Origin: Octopus sinensis
Lineage: Eukaryota
Direction of reading: 5' to 3'
Length of the DNA: 64,000 nt
Assembly (NCBI RefSeq): GCF_006345805.1
Contig: NC_042998.1
Span: 14,074,001 to 14,138,000, forward strand
A program made the position numbers and the translations under genes. Of the stretch, positions 51,496 through 64,000 are shown piece after piece. The stretch's first letter is position 1. Every line of letters begins with the position of its first letter. The notes beneath the pieces were generated by a model that saw nothing but the letters and a program-made list of their open reading frames with translations, had not been told where the DNA came from and ran no database searches.

Positions 51496-51899
51496 AATAT
51501 ATATATATATATTTATATAAGATCCAGGCATCATGTTCCCGGAAGAAAGTTAGCTTCAAGCAATCTGTAGTAAATATTTAAAAAAAACAACTCTCATCGA
51601 CAGTAGCGGTTTATGGAGACGGAAAGTATGGATTTTTTTCGTACCGAAAACTATACATTTTATAGGACACATATTGCGGTAAGAGTTTTCAGGTTACATA
51701 TACAGGTTACACTTCGACTGATGACCACATCTCAATATTTATTTACCTACAGATATAACGCCGAAAAGCATATACGTACAACATACGTAAGTATATAAGT
51801 AAATGTATTACACACGTACATCTAATTATATATACATCTAAGTTGTGTATGTAATAATCTCTTATAATTCTACACACCTTCATATATGTGCAAACATAT

Positions 51900-52060
51900 A
51901 TATACACATACATACGCGCACACATACACTCACATATACACACACATATAACTATACACACTCATATACGCACATGCACATATAGACAAACATACAGACA
52001 AATGAAGCTGGATCGATAGTAAAACACATTCCATACATATACATATCTGTATATTATAAC

Positions 52061-52095
<35 letters not shown>

Positions 52096-52131
52096 TATAT
52101 ATATACATACATAATATATACATATATATAC

Positions 52132-52173
<42 letters not shown>

Positions 52174-52238
52174 CATATATATATATATATATATACATAC
52201 ATTACATACATATATATATATATAACATATATATATAT

Positions 52239-52271
<33 letters not shown>

Positions 52272-52315
52272 TACATATATACATATATATACATACATAC
52301 ATATATACATATATA

Positions 52316-52347
<32 letters not shown>

Positions 52348-52530
52348 CACATACATACATATACACATATATATATATACATATATTCATATATATATAT
52401 ACATACATATATATATATATACATATATACATATATATGTATATAAATATATACATATGTATATAAATAAATATATATATATATATATATATATTCGTAT
52501 CTATGTACGTATGTATATATAATATTATAT
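51900..52530. repeat. (TA)n/(CATA)n array
   Basis: Seen directly. Confidence 0.95.
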
Positions 52531-53089
52531 ACATATGTCGCGGTACATGTGTGCTTGCGTGTGTGTAAATGTAGATATTTGGTTCGAGTAGACAGAAAGA
52601 AAGAGAGGAAGGTGATATCAGTTTTACACCACTATCTAAAGAGTCTACAATATCTTCCTCTCTTTTTTTCTTTCTTCTTCTTCTTCTTCTTCTTCTTCTT
52701 TCCTTGTAAATATAATATATAGAATGCCTGTCGCATAGTCGGTCTCTTTCTGTTTTCCATTTATGCCATCTCCACTATGCTGCTTCCAATGTTATTAAAC
52801 TAAAGATAGCAGCAATAGTATTTACCATACCAGTCAACATACAAATTGGAGCTGCGGTTCCTTCTGATGCTGGTGATGCTGGTGAAGCAGCCGTTGATTC
52901 TGCCGCTGCTGCTGCTTCTGTTACTCAGACATTTCCATATACACAGCGCACGCCTTGTAATTTCAAAATTATAAGGAATAACAGCTTGTCTACTGTCGCT
53001 GTTATTCTCTTTCTTGCTTAGTGTTTGTGATTATAATGCCGCGACTATTGCTATTTCTGTTAAATGGTTATCTTATGGATGTTGTTGTT

Positions 53090-53470
53090 GTTTTTTGATG
53101 ATGAGGATGAGGATGACGATGATGATGATGATGATGTTGGTATTGGTGATTATGTCGTGTGTGTTCTCCTCGACTACTGTAAAGTTAATAATAGTAATAA
53201 TAATAATAAGAAGAAGAAGAAGAAAAATAAGAAGAAAAAGAAGAAAAAAAGAAGACGACGAAAGAGAAGAAGGAGAAGAAAGAGAAGAAGGAGAAGAAAG
53301 AGAAGAAGAAGAAGAAGAAGAAGAAGAAGAAAAAGACGACGAAGGAGAAGGAGAAAAAGAAGAAGACGACGAAGGAGAAGAAGAAGACGATGAAGGAGGA
53401 GAAGAAGAAGAAGAAAAAGAGAAAGGAGAACAAGAAGAAAATGAAGAAAACGAGGAGGAAAAGATGACGG
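53090..53470. repeat. (GAT)n/(AAT)n/(GAA)n purine-rich low-complexity tract
   Basis: Seen directly; all frames read as poly-E/K/R or poly-S/F. Confidence 0.92.
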
Positions 53471-53477
53471 AGAATTG

Positions 53478-54152
53478 TTTCAAATTTTGCCCCAAGGGCA
53501 GCAGTTTTGGGGAAGAGTATTAGTCAATTGCATCGACCTCAGTGTTCAACTGGTATTTACTTTATCGATCCCGAAAGGATGCAAGGCGAAGTCGACCTCG
53601 TTGCAAGTTGTAGTCAGAACGTAGCGACGGGGGAAACACCGCTAATAATTTTGACCAGCGTGCTAACTATTCAGCCAGCTCATTGCCTTAAGGATGAAAG
53701 GCAAAGACGATCTCGGTAGAATTTGTATAATAACTGCTTTCGAACCACATGGTTCCGCGATCAGTCCCACTGCGTAGCACCTTGGGCAAGTGTTTTCTAC
53801 TATAGCCTTGTGAGTTAATTTGGTAGACGGAATCTGAAAGAAGCCCGTCGTATATATGTATATATATATATATCTATATAGTATATATATATATATATAA
53901 TATATATATATATATTATATATATATATATCTGTGTGTGTGTGTGTGTTTGTGTGTCTGTGCTTGTCCCCCCCAACATCGCTTGACAACCGATGCTAGTG
54001 TGTTTAACTCCCCGTAACCTAGCGATTCGACAAAAGAGACCGATAGAGTAAGTACTAGGCTTACAAAGAATAAGTCCTGGGGTCGATTCGCTCGACTAAA
54101 GGCGGTGCTCCAGCATGGCCACCGTCACATGATTGAAACATAGAAGAGTAAC
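53478..54152. mobile_element. Family B SINE (-, ~53478-53690) and family A SINE (+, ~53733-54152)
   Basis: Similarity to the other copies in the window. Confidence 0.82.
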
Positions 54153-54391
54153 AACAACAATAATAATAATAATAATAATAGTCCTGTTTCACGAGTAGAA
54201 TGTGATATTTAGGCTTCATTGGCAGCGTTCCTACACATGATGTCTAGATGGAAACATTGGGGATTGCACAAAGTCACAAAAGCAATAACCTTAAAAATTT
54301 TGTGTAACGCAAAAAGAAAACCTTTTAATATTTGCGAGACCCATATCAGAAACAGCGACGTGGGTGCCGTACATGCAAGCAGCAGTGCGGT

Positions 54392-54877
54392 ACTGACATG
54401 CATAAGATCTGGTCATCAAATCTAAGTAGAGACATCAAACTTGAAATATTCAAAGCCACAGTCGAACCTATTCTACTATATGTCTCAGAAACCTGGACGT
54501 TATCAAAGAAGCTTGAGAAGCGGTTGGTTGGATGGAACCTACACTCGCTTCCTTATGAGAGCTCAAAATCTGTCGTGGAAGCGTCATCCAACCAAAATGC
54601 AAATATATGGGAAACTACCACCTGTGTCATCTCTTGTGAAAGGTAGGAGAGTCCAGTTTGCTGGACATTGTTGCAATTTCTACTCTTCTCCTCTGGAAGC
54701 CATCTACTCGCAATTCCAGAGGGCACACATTCTCCTACCCTGATGTAATCTCCAGGGATACAGGCATCCAGCAACAGGACTTCCGTAATGCTATGATGGA
54801 CCGTGAAGTCTGGCGTAGCATGGTAAATTCCATCGTCTTGACCACGATCGAACAATGATGAGGATGATGATGATGAT
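54392..54877 (+). mobile_element. RTE-like LINE 3' end with (GAT)n tail
   Basis: Frameshifted KIWSSNLSRDIKLEIFKATVEPILLYVSETWTL / RAQNLSWKRHPTKMQIYGKLPP..RRVQFAGHC / DVISRDTG..AMMDREVWRSMV, then stop and GATGATGAT. Confidence 0.88.
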
Positions 54878-54959
54878 GCGGAAATACAGAATACTACTTG
54901 AAAGCAATGAACTCACTGGAGCAAACAAATAAACGCGCTGCTACTTAAATGCAGTAACC

Positions 54960-56600
54960 TGAGGAAATCATGATGGAGAGGTTTCAGGAAAATGATAAGT
55001 ACCCTGTAGGTCATCGGAGTATTTGTGTTACCCGAGCAAAATTTAGGAGGTCAGGCATTTGAAATAAAGAGCAACGGATGGCTTTCCAAAGTAGAAATTG
55101 AAGTAACCAGGAGAGCGTTAGCAAGCTGTAGAATTGACATTGTCTCTGGTGAATTAAAAAATAATGCTAACGGTATTACACAAACTATGGTGATCAAACC
55201 ACAAAGAACAAAAAGGAACTGGTCGGTGTAAGGTCAGTTACAGTGCTTTCGTGTTCGATCTAATGAAGGGATTTTATTTGATCTAAATTTGTGTCACGCA
55301 AGGCTGGTTTCTCAATGCATCTTTTCTATGATGTTTCAGATGAGATGAAGGTTGTCGCGGGTAGATTTGTTTGCAGAGAGAGAGAGCGCTTGTACGTCAC
55401 TCCAATGAACTCCTCAATGAAGTGCGCTAACGTTTTATCTAAAATCTTGGCCAAACTTATGAAATCTACTTATACCAATATATGGACCGAAAATTATCGA
55501 TATTTTCCCTCTTCTTTGGATCTTTTCTCAGCAGAGCCCACACTCCACGAAGCACGGAGCTTGGATCTTTCCTATTTGTGCAGTTTGATATCGTATATAT
55601 CAGACGAGCTGTTTCCAAATAAACCCGGCGTATAAAATGTAAAGCTCAATAGGCAGGCCATCTAAACCCGACGATTTGCTCACGTAGAGCCAAATTCACT
55701 TCCGATCTTCTGTCGTAATAGGTTCATTCTATGACTGCGACCAGCATACCGAGACGCGTGGCAGGCCGTAGAGATAGGCACTAATATTCTTACATTCAGT
55801 CTCTCTAATTCCCGAAAACTCCAGCCGGTGTGTGCTGGAATTTGATTACATCTGCTCGAGTTTGAGTTACATTCACCCATTGATGCCCGTCAAAAAACGG
55901 TCGTGTCATTGTGTTACGCCACCGCGTCTCGGGAACCATCGTACAACTTTCCTCCATTCATGCTTAACAGCAAGCATCTTAGCTCCGAAAATGCTTCGTG
56001 TTAGTCTTGGAGAACTGAACAAAGGCCACTTTCGGTGCGGATACTTTGGTTGCAATGCCTTTCCACGGTGCCACCGCTACGATTTTAAAGATGTCGCTTT
56101 CTACTTCTATCATTATAATCTTACTAAGCTTCATCGATTCTACTCTAATAACCCTATTTAAGGAGAACCTTCATTTTGTGTTAAGAACTGCACCTGTCAA
56201 CTAATTAATTTGCTAAGTAATTTCCTAATCCGGTTTCTGTAAGCAGGGCGCACGGAAAATAAAGCGTCCAGCTTTCAGTAAGTAGATCTCTGTCTATAAA
56301 ACCTATCGCCCTCAGATCACACGCTTTTTTTTCGTGCAGTTAACTATTTCATATTATAAACAAAATATGCTATCCTTGGCTTCCTGAAATTTCTATCTGG
56401 ATACGATCTGGAAGAAAGGATGCTGTTTATCCTTCCACACATTAGCATATTCGAGAAATACAGTCGGTACTTGTTAGACAGGTTGACCCATCTGAGGTAA
56501 CATTTTAACAGCTCACTAACAGGAAGGAGTTGGACAATCTGAGGGCAACCTCTTGGCAGCTCCTCATGTCTAGGACCAGCAGCTTATCTTTCCTCTGAAG
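54960..56600 (-). mobile_element. Tx1/L1-like LINE fragment (APE C-terminus to RT), heavily decayed
   Basis: Minus translations KSSGLDGLPIELY, LRKDPKKRENIDNFR, STRDNLHLI.NIIE, NLDQ.K and SSRSYPDR, matching L1/Tx1 ORF2 motifs; boundaries approximate. Confidence 0.75.
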
Positions 56601-57101
56601 TCTTTTGCTCCTTTGGGGTACTTATTTTTCATGATATTGTGTGTATGCAGAAATGTGATTAATTAATGTAATGAAGTTATTATGCGTGATGCTTGTATTT
56701 TGATGTATGGGATCCATTACATTTTTGTATTACTTATATTCATGGCGGTATAATTAATGATTCATGTTTTATCCGTGTTGCGGTATGTTATCTGACTAAT
56801 AATGTATGTGAATAGGCTATGCCTTTTGCTTGTAATGGTAGAGTTTGTCATAGTCGTGAAATATTTAATGGAACTGATAGTGCTTGTGTAGCGGTTGTCG
56901 GGTTGGTATTCGTCAATGGTTGCTCAAGCATCTCACCTGTTTGTTCCTACCTGTCATTTTTGTGCTGCTTTTTTCCCTCTTTTCTCGCATGGGTAACCTT
57001 TTACCTGTTCGCAGTAACCTTCACCACCATAACATGTCTAAGTGGTCCGAAATAGATGGACATGCATTAGGATGTTATTGACATTTTGGTAATTGTTATT
57101 T

Positions 57102-57945
57102 TGGAGGCGCAATGGCCCAGTGCTTAGGAGAGCGAACTCGCGGTCGGAGGATCGCGGTTTCGATTCCTAGACCGGGCATTGTGTGTGTTTTTTGAGCGAA
57201 AACACGTAAAAGCTCCACGAGGCTCCGGCAGGGGGTGGTGGCGACCCTTGTTGTATAAAAAAAGGCAGCGAGCTAGCAGAAACGTTAGCACGCCGGAAAA
57301 AATGATTTGTGGTATTTCGTCCGCCGCTGCGTTCTGAGTTCAAATTCCGCCGTGGTCGACTTTGCCTTTCATCCTTTCGGGGTCGATAAATTAAGTACCA
57401 GTTACGCACTGGGGTCGATATAATCGACTTAATCCGTTTGTCTGTCCTTGTTTTATCCTCTCTGTGTTTAGCCCCATGTGGGTAGTAAAGAAATTCCAGT
57501 TCAGTCACTGTTGGTGGTGATTCGATCGCTCTTGAAGGTCGTATTTCTCTTGTTGTTTATGTTTCCACACTTGGTGCCTTAAATACTTCAAGCGTTGCTC
57601 CCAAGTTTGTGGCTGATATTGCAACCATTGTTGTTGCAGCTGCTGTTGCTGCTGTTGTTATTAGTTTTGGAGTGGTAATGACGTTATAGTAGTATAGTGT
57701 GGTAGGTGGTTGCAACCGGCGAGCTGGCAGAAACGTTAATACGCCGGGCGAAATGCTTAACAGTATTTCGTCTGCCACTACGTTCTGACTTCAAATTCCG
57801 CCGAGGTCGACTTTGCCTTTCATCCTTTCGGGATCGATAAATTAAGTACCAGTCACGCACTGGGGTCGATGTAATCGACTTCATTCGTTTGTCTGTCCTT
57901 GTTTGTCTCCCCTGTGTGTAGCCCGTGTGGGCAACCAAAGAAGGA
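57102..57945 (+). mobile_element. Family C SINE 5' part (57102-57255) cut by family B (57262-57495); another family B (57717-57945)
   Basis: Direct matches to 15673-16048 and to the family B consensus. Confidence 0.9.
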
Positions 57946-58249
57946 TTTCAACTTTAAAATATCTTTCAGTCATCCACTCTTGCTGGGTGGTCGAGAGCAT
58001 GACAATTCTTTCGATACTTTCACTAGTTTAAAAAAAAAAATTCTCTTAAAATAGTTCGCCCAGTGATGTGACTAACAAAAGCAGACAATCAATTTCTTGT
58101 GGTTCTGGTCAAATAAGAAACAAGCTAGGAGCAAATAAGAAAGAAACTAGAGTGCTGAAAAGGAAAACAGGGCACAGAGGCACGAAACTTATATAACAAA
58201 TTTAGATTCAGCGATAAACGAGGGCAACAGTAGTAATAAAAATCAAATG

Positions 58250-59050
58250 CAGTATCAAAGTCAAACAAAATCCAGTTAGAAGTACCTTTCAAAAGACACC
58301 CAAGTCTGCTTGGAATCGAGTTGCATGCGGCCCTCTCGATCCAGCAAAGACTGAATTGTAGCCGTGTTTCAGCCACTCGATCTATTGAAGAGATTTCGCT
58401 CCTCTATACCTTAGAGCTCGTGTTGTGAGTCTGACCACTAATCTTTGGTTCTTAACGTTGAAGAACTGGTCAAGGGTCAGTCGCAGTACCATCATGTGAA
58501 TTGCAATGCCTTTTCTAAGCGCTTCATCTAGATTACTAATTAGGTCAAACCCTCTACTTTTGAATTCTTTATAACTATTTGCTAACTAAACCTCATATAT
58601 TCTAACCGAACAGCCACTTTAAGGACAAGCCGACATCGGTTGTTGACGATTTTCCCCATCACGTTTTAACTAGTTCTCCAATCTAATCTCTATAAACTTG
58701 GCAGGCTCTTTCTCGAAGCATCCTATCTACGTCGACTATCGTTATCACACATAATGTGCTCTCTGTAGACAACCATTTTGAATATCAGCAAATGATATCC
58801 CTGTCTGCTTCCCTAGAGAATTTTTTGTCTGGATTACACGATGGACTTCACTGATGTCTCCATTGTACATGTCAGATAGTTGGATACGAATATGGTTTGC
58901 ACGAATTTTACATACCCATCTCGTATCAGATATCCCCACAAGTTCCAGTGGTGCATCCCTGATTGCTTTCCAATGGCTCATTAGCATAAATAGGGGAATA
59001 CTCCAAGGAAATCTTCCAGGCACTTCAAAACTCCGCCCCAGTTAGGACAT
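58250..59050 (-). mobile_element. Probable decayed RTE-like RT fragment
   Basis: Minus LWGYLIRDGYVKFVQTI..ETSVKS, followed by weak YADD-region and AExRxxxxxC-like remnants in the expected order. Confidence 0.45.
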
Positions 59051-59959
59051 ACACGGCGTCTATTCTAAACTCACCACATTCGATATTCTTCACAATCAGG
59101 AACATCTATTTACCGTGTATGTTCAAGAATATCAACTGTATCTCGAGGCTCAAGCGCGTATGAAACAGCGCCGCCATCTCGTCCCATTTTTTGCATAATT
59201 AAGAAATAGGAAAATTCTGAAATTTGCCGTAAATTGCTAAGGTGCAAGTGTCGGAAATCCTAGATTCGCTGATTATTGCATCCCAACTTAAGGACCTCAT
59301 TTACTGAGTCGGTGAACTTGCTTCCAAGTAATCCCCGCCAGTGATTAATTTTTTTCTAACTTATATACGTATGATTAGCTTATCCATTATTCCTTTCAAC
59401 TCTAATATTCCGTAAGGCTGAGAGCTGGCAGAATCTTTAGCATGCCGTTCTAATGCCTAGCAGTATCTTGCCCATCTTTACAGTCTAAGTTCAAATTTTT
59501 CCCTGATCAACTTTGCTTTGTATCCTTTCGCAATCGATGTTGAGGTATAGAATCGATGCGAGCTACTAACCCCTCCTCGATTTTGCATGCCCTGTGCCAA
59601 AAATTTCAAGCCAATATTGTTAGCCCAAGGTCATACATTCTATGAGGAGGGGAAACAATCAATCTCCCTGTATGAATGCTACATTATTTCGTCGTCCCCA
59701 GATAGATGAAATGTTAACACAACCTCGGTGGTATTTGAACTCACAATGAAAAATGTTCTGATGAGAGCAACATATTTTATTAACAGATCCTCCTGTTAAT
59801 TTAATAGAAACTGTCAAGCCCTAATTCTGTCGACTGCAGGAAGAGCAAAACACAACTTTGACCCCATTGACTCAGGGTTTCATTAAACAGTGTAACGTGT
59901 AAGGGATGAATTATAACATGTCAATTTAACATGTTGAGCACTCGAAATAAACTGACATC

Positions 59960-61210
59960 CACCATCACCACCATCTTCATTTGCTTCTTCCTTTTCCTTC
60001 TTCTTTCTACTCTTCCTTCTACTTCTTCTTTGTTGTCGTTCACCCTTCATCTCTCCCACCTCCTTCTTCCAACTGCAACTTCTACATAATCAACCATGTT
60101 AGTTTTTTTTTTTTTTTATTTATCTTCTTTTCTCTCTTCTCTTTTTCACATTTTCTTCTACTTGTCGTTCGTTTCTTTCTTGTTATTCATTCATTCATTC
60201 TTTCATTCATTCAGCTCTTCTTATCTTCTTTCTTTATCTCTTTTATCAACGTTTGTTCTTTATTTTCCCTTCCTTCCTCTTCTGCTTCTTCTTCTTCCTC
60301 TTCCCATCTGCCTCCTCCTCCTCCTCCTCCTTGCGGTTGCTACTACTCTATCAAGGCGCTGGGATTCATGATAACGTTAATAGCGATAGAGCTGATGCTG
60401 ATGATAATGATGATATCAGAAAACATGGCGGTAATGCTGCAAATGGTTGAAGCAGTGGTGACATCGACTGGCTTTATACGACTACTACACACGCAGTTTG
60501 CAATATGCTTGCTGATGTTCTTAGTGACGTCGTTACTTCACTGTTGCACTTAGCTTGCACATACTGATGATGATGATGATGATGGAGATAATGACTAATG
60601 ATGATGATGATGTTGATGATGATGATGATGATGATGAAGATAAGGAATGATGAGGATGATGATGATGATGAATGATGATGATGATGATGATGTTGATGAT
60701 GATGATGATGATGATGTTGATGATTATGATGATGATGATAATGACTACGATGATGATGCTGGATGTTATGGGAATGATGATGATAATGATGATGGTGATG
60801 AGAATGTTGATGAGAATGATGATGAGGATGAAGTGGAGGAGGAGGAGGTGGGGTACTGAAGTTGGTTGGGATGATGGTGGTGATGATGATGGTGGTGATT
60901 ATAATCGTGACCATGGTCATAATGAGGGGGATATGGAGGAGTGGAGGCTGCTGCTGCCGATGACGAAGATGATAGGGATGGCGGGGGTGATGGTGGTGGT
61001 GGAGGTGGTGGTGGTGGTGGTGGTGGTGGTGGTGGTGGTGGTGATAGTTGTGAAGGTACTGGTGTTACTGGTAGAGAGGTTGGATGCGAGAAGATGTGGG
61101 AATGGAATTTGCGGTGGTTGTGGTAATTATGACAAATAAAAAAAGAAATCATAAAAATCATAAAAAGACGATCGCGTTCTTGATTATAACGATGCTAATA
61201 ATGATGGTAA
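59960..61210. repeat. Compound trinucleotide low-complexity region (CTT/CCT, GAT, GGT)
   Basis: Seen directly. Confidence 0.92.
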
Positions 61211-61916
61211 TGATTATGATGTTGGCTATTATGTGGAGAAGGTGAGAGCACAAAGTTTGTGTTGTTAATGCTGATGCATCAGTTGTCAATCTAGTATGTT
61301 TGTGTTGATAATGTTCTCATATCTGCCTTTTCTGTTCCTGTTGCTAATGCAAATGGTAACACAGCTGTCGTAATCACTACCATTTCAAACACTGTAATGT
61401 AAAAAGAAAGCTGACTCGTAAGAAAATGGTTGTATAAATGTCAAGTTCCATCGTCGTCGGGAGAAAATGTAATTGTGTGTTATACCTTCTGTATGGCATT
61501 TGAAGAGCTGATAAGAGCGCCTGTGTGTGGTCAAGAGGCTTGTGATAACAATCAGGCAACATTTTCTCTGTCCATGTTATTCTAATATATATAAATAAGG
61601 AATACACTGATTCAAGAATTTAACGAAGAACTATAGAATTGTTTTCAAAGCGTGCAGGCGTACTCAGAAGTTGAATGAACGGAACCGAAGAAATTCTTCA
61701 GAAAGCATCACCTACATATTACGTTTCGATAGCGGTTTCACAGCAATGTTTAGAAGTATGTTGAAAATATTGTCTGTATGTATGTGTTCTTATCTATGTG
61801 TTCTTATCTATGTGTGCTTATCTATGTGTGCGTGTGTGTTATATTGACAGGCAGTAGGTAAGATGATGGCAGCGTAGAAATACGTATATGCATCTATTAG
61901 AGAAAGATAGAGAGAA

Positions 61917-61958
<42 letters not shown>

Positions 61959-62289
61959 AAAGAAAGAAATTATTTAAGTGTGTCAAGTAAGGCTGAATAA
62001 GCATATGAAATGTATGACTTTGAGACACAAAGAGAAATAAATTTATCCGGTGAATTCAAGCAAATTAAGTAATTTATGTTTTTGGCTTTCTCTTTCTCTC
62101 TTTCTCTCTATCTCTCTCTGTAAGACAGAGATGGGGGAGAGAGCGAAGAAGATGGAAGATCATCTTCTGTATTGTGAGCCTCAGAGATATAGAGTTTTGT
62201 GGAAATTAAACCGATTCTCTTGAGAGTAAAGTATTAGGATTTATAACCACAGAAAAATTATTCTAGAAGTATCCCGCTGAATTTTAGGG

Positions 62290-62640
62290 CTAAAACGAAA
62301 AGTGCTCCCTTGAGCATTGCAGACATCTCTCATATTCGGCATCAAATGTGATGTGTTACGAGATAATTTAGCAGACCTGTTGATTAACGGTGAAGGTTTC
62401 TATCTCAAGCTATGTTAATGATTTCCAAGTCTTGGTAATATGAGCAAAATGAAATTTCGATTCGAGAAAGGATTGTAATACAATCCAACCTAGAGTGCAT
62501 TCTCTAACAAATGCTTCCGAAGAGAAAATAAAACCGAATTGCCAGGCTTGAAAGGACTTCCATGAAAGATCAGCTTGAATAGAACCCATGTGGGCCTTAA
62601 TAACAAAAACTTCATGAAATATCAGAAACTTGAAATATTT
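62290..62640 (+). mobile_element. Possible CR1/L2-like RT remnant
   Basis: SYVNDFQVL (YADD-like), IQSNLECI and HVGLNNKN occur in the order expected for CR1 RT; very diverged. Confidence 0.35.
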
Positions 62641-62855
62641 TTCGTAAATATTTAGTTAATTGGTAGACTGCTTGGGCACCATCTAAATTAAAACGAATTT
62701 TCCTATCATTTTCATTATTCGGATTTTGTTGACTTGATATAAGAAAATGTTTTCTAGCATAACTTGCAGATAAATGCGGTCATTTCCGTTTGGTCTAATT
62801 CGTACTGAGCAATATGAACAGACTATAATATATATATATTTATTTTTATATTCTT

Positions 62856-63237
62856 ATACTTATAGTCATTCGACTGCAGTTATGCTTGGGTACCTCCTTA
62901 GAAATTTTGTTCGATCAATACATACGTCAAATCTGTAAATCACTTATCACGATTTCTGACGAACCATTATTTCGCATGGATATTAAAAATTCCGACTCTG
63001 TAAGCCTCAGTGAGAGACGGACCCAAACAATGCCATATACATTTATTTACACGCATTTGCATGTATATATGCATACACATCGAGCCGGTACATAGTTTCT
63101 TGTAGACCAAACTCACTCACAAAGCTTTAGTCGCGCTATAGCAGTAGACATCTGATTTAGGTGTACTCAGTAGAACTGAACCTGGAAACACGTAGTTACA
63201 AATCAGATTTCTTAACCATACAGCCGTACCTACGTCT
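62856..63237 (-). mobile_element. Old, diverged family A SINE
   Basis: Recognisable tail (GTCATTCGACTGCAGTTATGCT) and head (CAGCCGTACCTACG). Confidence 0.65.
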
Positions 63238-63254
63238 ATTGCATTTACTCTCAA

Positions 63255-63588
63255 AAGGCGACGAGCTGGCAGAAACGTTAGCACGCCGGGCGAAATGCGT
63301 AGTCGTATTTCGTCTCTGGGGTCGATATAATCGATTTAATCCGTTTGTGTGTCCTTGTTTGTCCCTTCTGTGCTTAAGCCCTTGTGGGTAGTAAAGAAAA
63401 AAGTATTTCGTCTGCCGTTACGTTCTGAGTTCAAATTCCGCCGAGGTCGACTTTGCCTTTCATCCTTTCGGGGTCGATAAATAAAGTACCAGTTTCGCAG
63501 TGGAGTCTATGTAATCGACTTAATTCGTTTGTCTGTCCTTGTTTGTCCCTTCTGTGTTTAGCCCGTTGTGGGTAGTAAATATAAATAT
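63255..63588 (+). mobile_element. Family B dimer inside a single 13-bp TSD
   Basis: ATTTACTCTCAAA at 63243-63255 and 63589-63601; the second unit starts at GTATTTCGTCTGCC (63403). Confidence 0.9.
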
Positions 63589-63639
63589 ATTTACTCTCAA
63601 ACCACTTCATTTAAGTGTACGTCTTGTATCCTTGGAGCT

Positions 63640-64000
63640 TCTTTGATAAGCAGCTTCTTTACTGTTGTTGTTCTTCTTCTGCCCCATGTCAACTCTAATT
63701 GAGGAGCCATATGATCAACCATTTTCCAACCATGGCGTTCCAGCTTACAGAGGCATCGTGTACTCGTATGATTGACTATCGTATTATGCAATGTGTTCTT
63801 TTTCTTTTTACTAAACGGTTTTAAGACATTTGTGGAATATTTACCACTTATTTCTAGAAAGCCGAATGTACATAAGACTGAGCCTCCGTTGGGTATAGGT
63901 GTTCCATGAACTGGAACCACAACTGTATTTCTGATGGTCATGTGTTGTCTTCTCCTTGTGATGTTCCTGTTAAAGAAGATCGCAGGCCTAACTTTAAATT
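63640..64000 (-). mobile_element. Probable RTE-like LINE 3' end running off the window
   Basis: Minus RRQHMT..., TQRRL..., LERHGWKMV followed by an AGAAGAAGAACAAC tail; parallels the 54392-54877 element. Confidence 0.5.

Noticed and set aside
53014-53523. Poly-E/K/R ORF resembling a charged disordered protein
   Set aside because: (GAA)n-type low complexity ending in a SINE.
59981-61161. Poly-H/P/G/D/M ORFs
   Set aside because: Compound trinucleotide microsatellites.
63597-63998. 133-codon open frame running off the window as a host exon
   Set aside because: Its motifs and AAG-rich tail fit a frameshifted RTE 3' end better; BLASTX would settle it.

Overview
AT-rich, repeat-dense animal genomic DNA, not prokaryotic. 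The SINE families and the extreme (TA)n/(CA)n/(CATA)n/(GATA)n load are what I recognise from octopus (coleoid cephalopod) genomes; that assignment is inference. I cannot support any intact host protein-coding gene, rRNA, true tRNA or CRISPR array. Nearly all ORFs in the supplied track are microsatellite, low-complexity or SINE read-throughs. The window holds many copies of about five tRNA-headed SINE families (labelled A-E here), plus decayed retroelement fragments: RTE-like (x4), an R4/Dong-like element with a restriction-like endonuclease, Tx1/L1-like, CR1-like and a Penelope-like element. There is also one Helentron-associated (HINE/pearl-like) element. The most interesting observations are: (i) minimal Penelope-type hammerhead ribozyme motifs, one with an intact core; (ii) SINE multimers repeatedly joined at the same internal GGTATTT site; (iii) an RLE retrotransposon sitting in a (CATA)n microsatellite; (iv) a zero-spacer 146-bp palindrome, a second foldback and a perfect 74-bp inverted copy; (v) a structured hairpin inside a 302-bp-period direct repeat. 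None is proven to be a new biological system.
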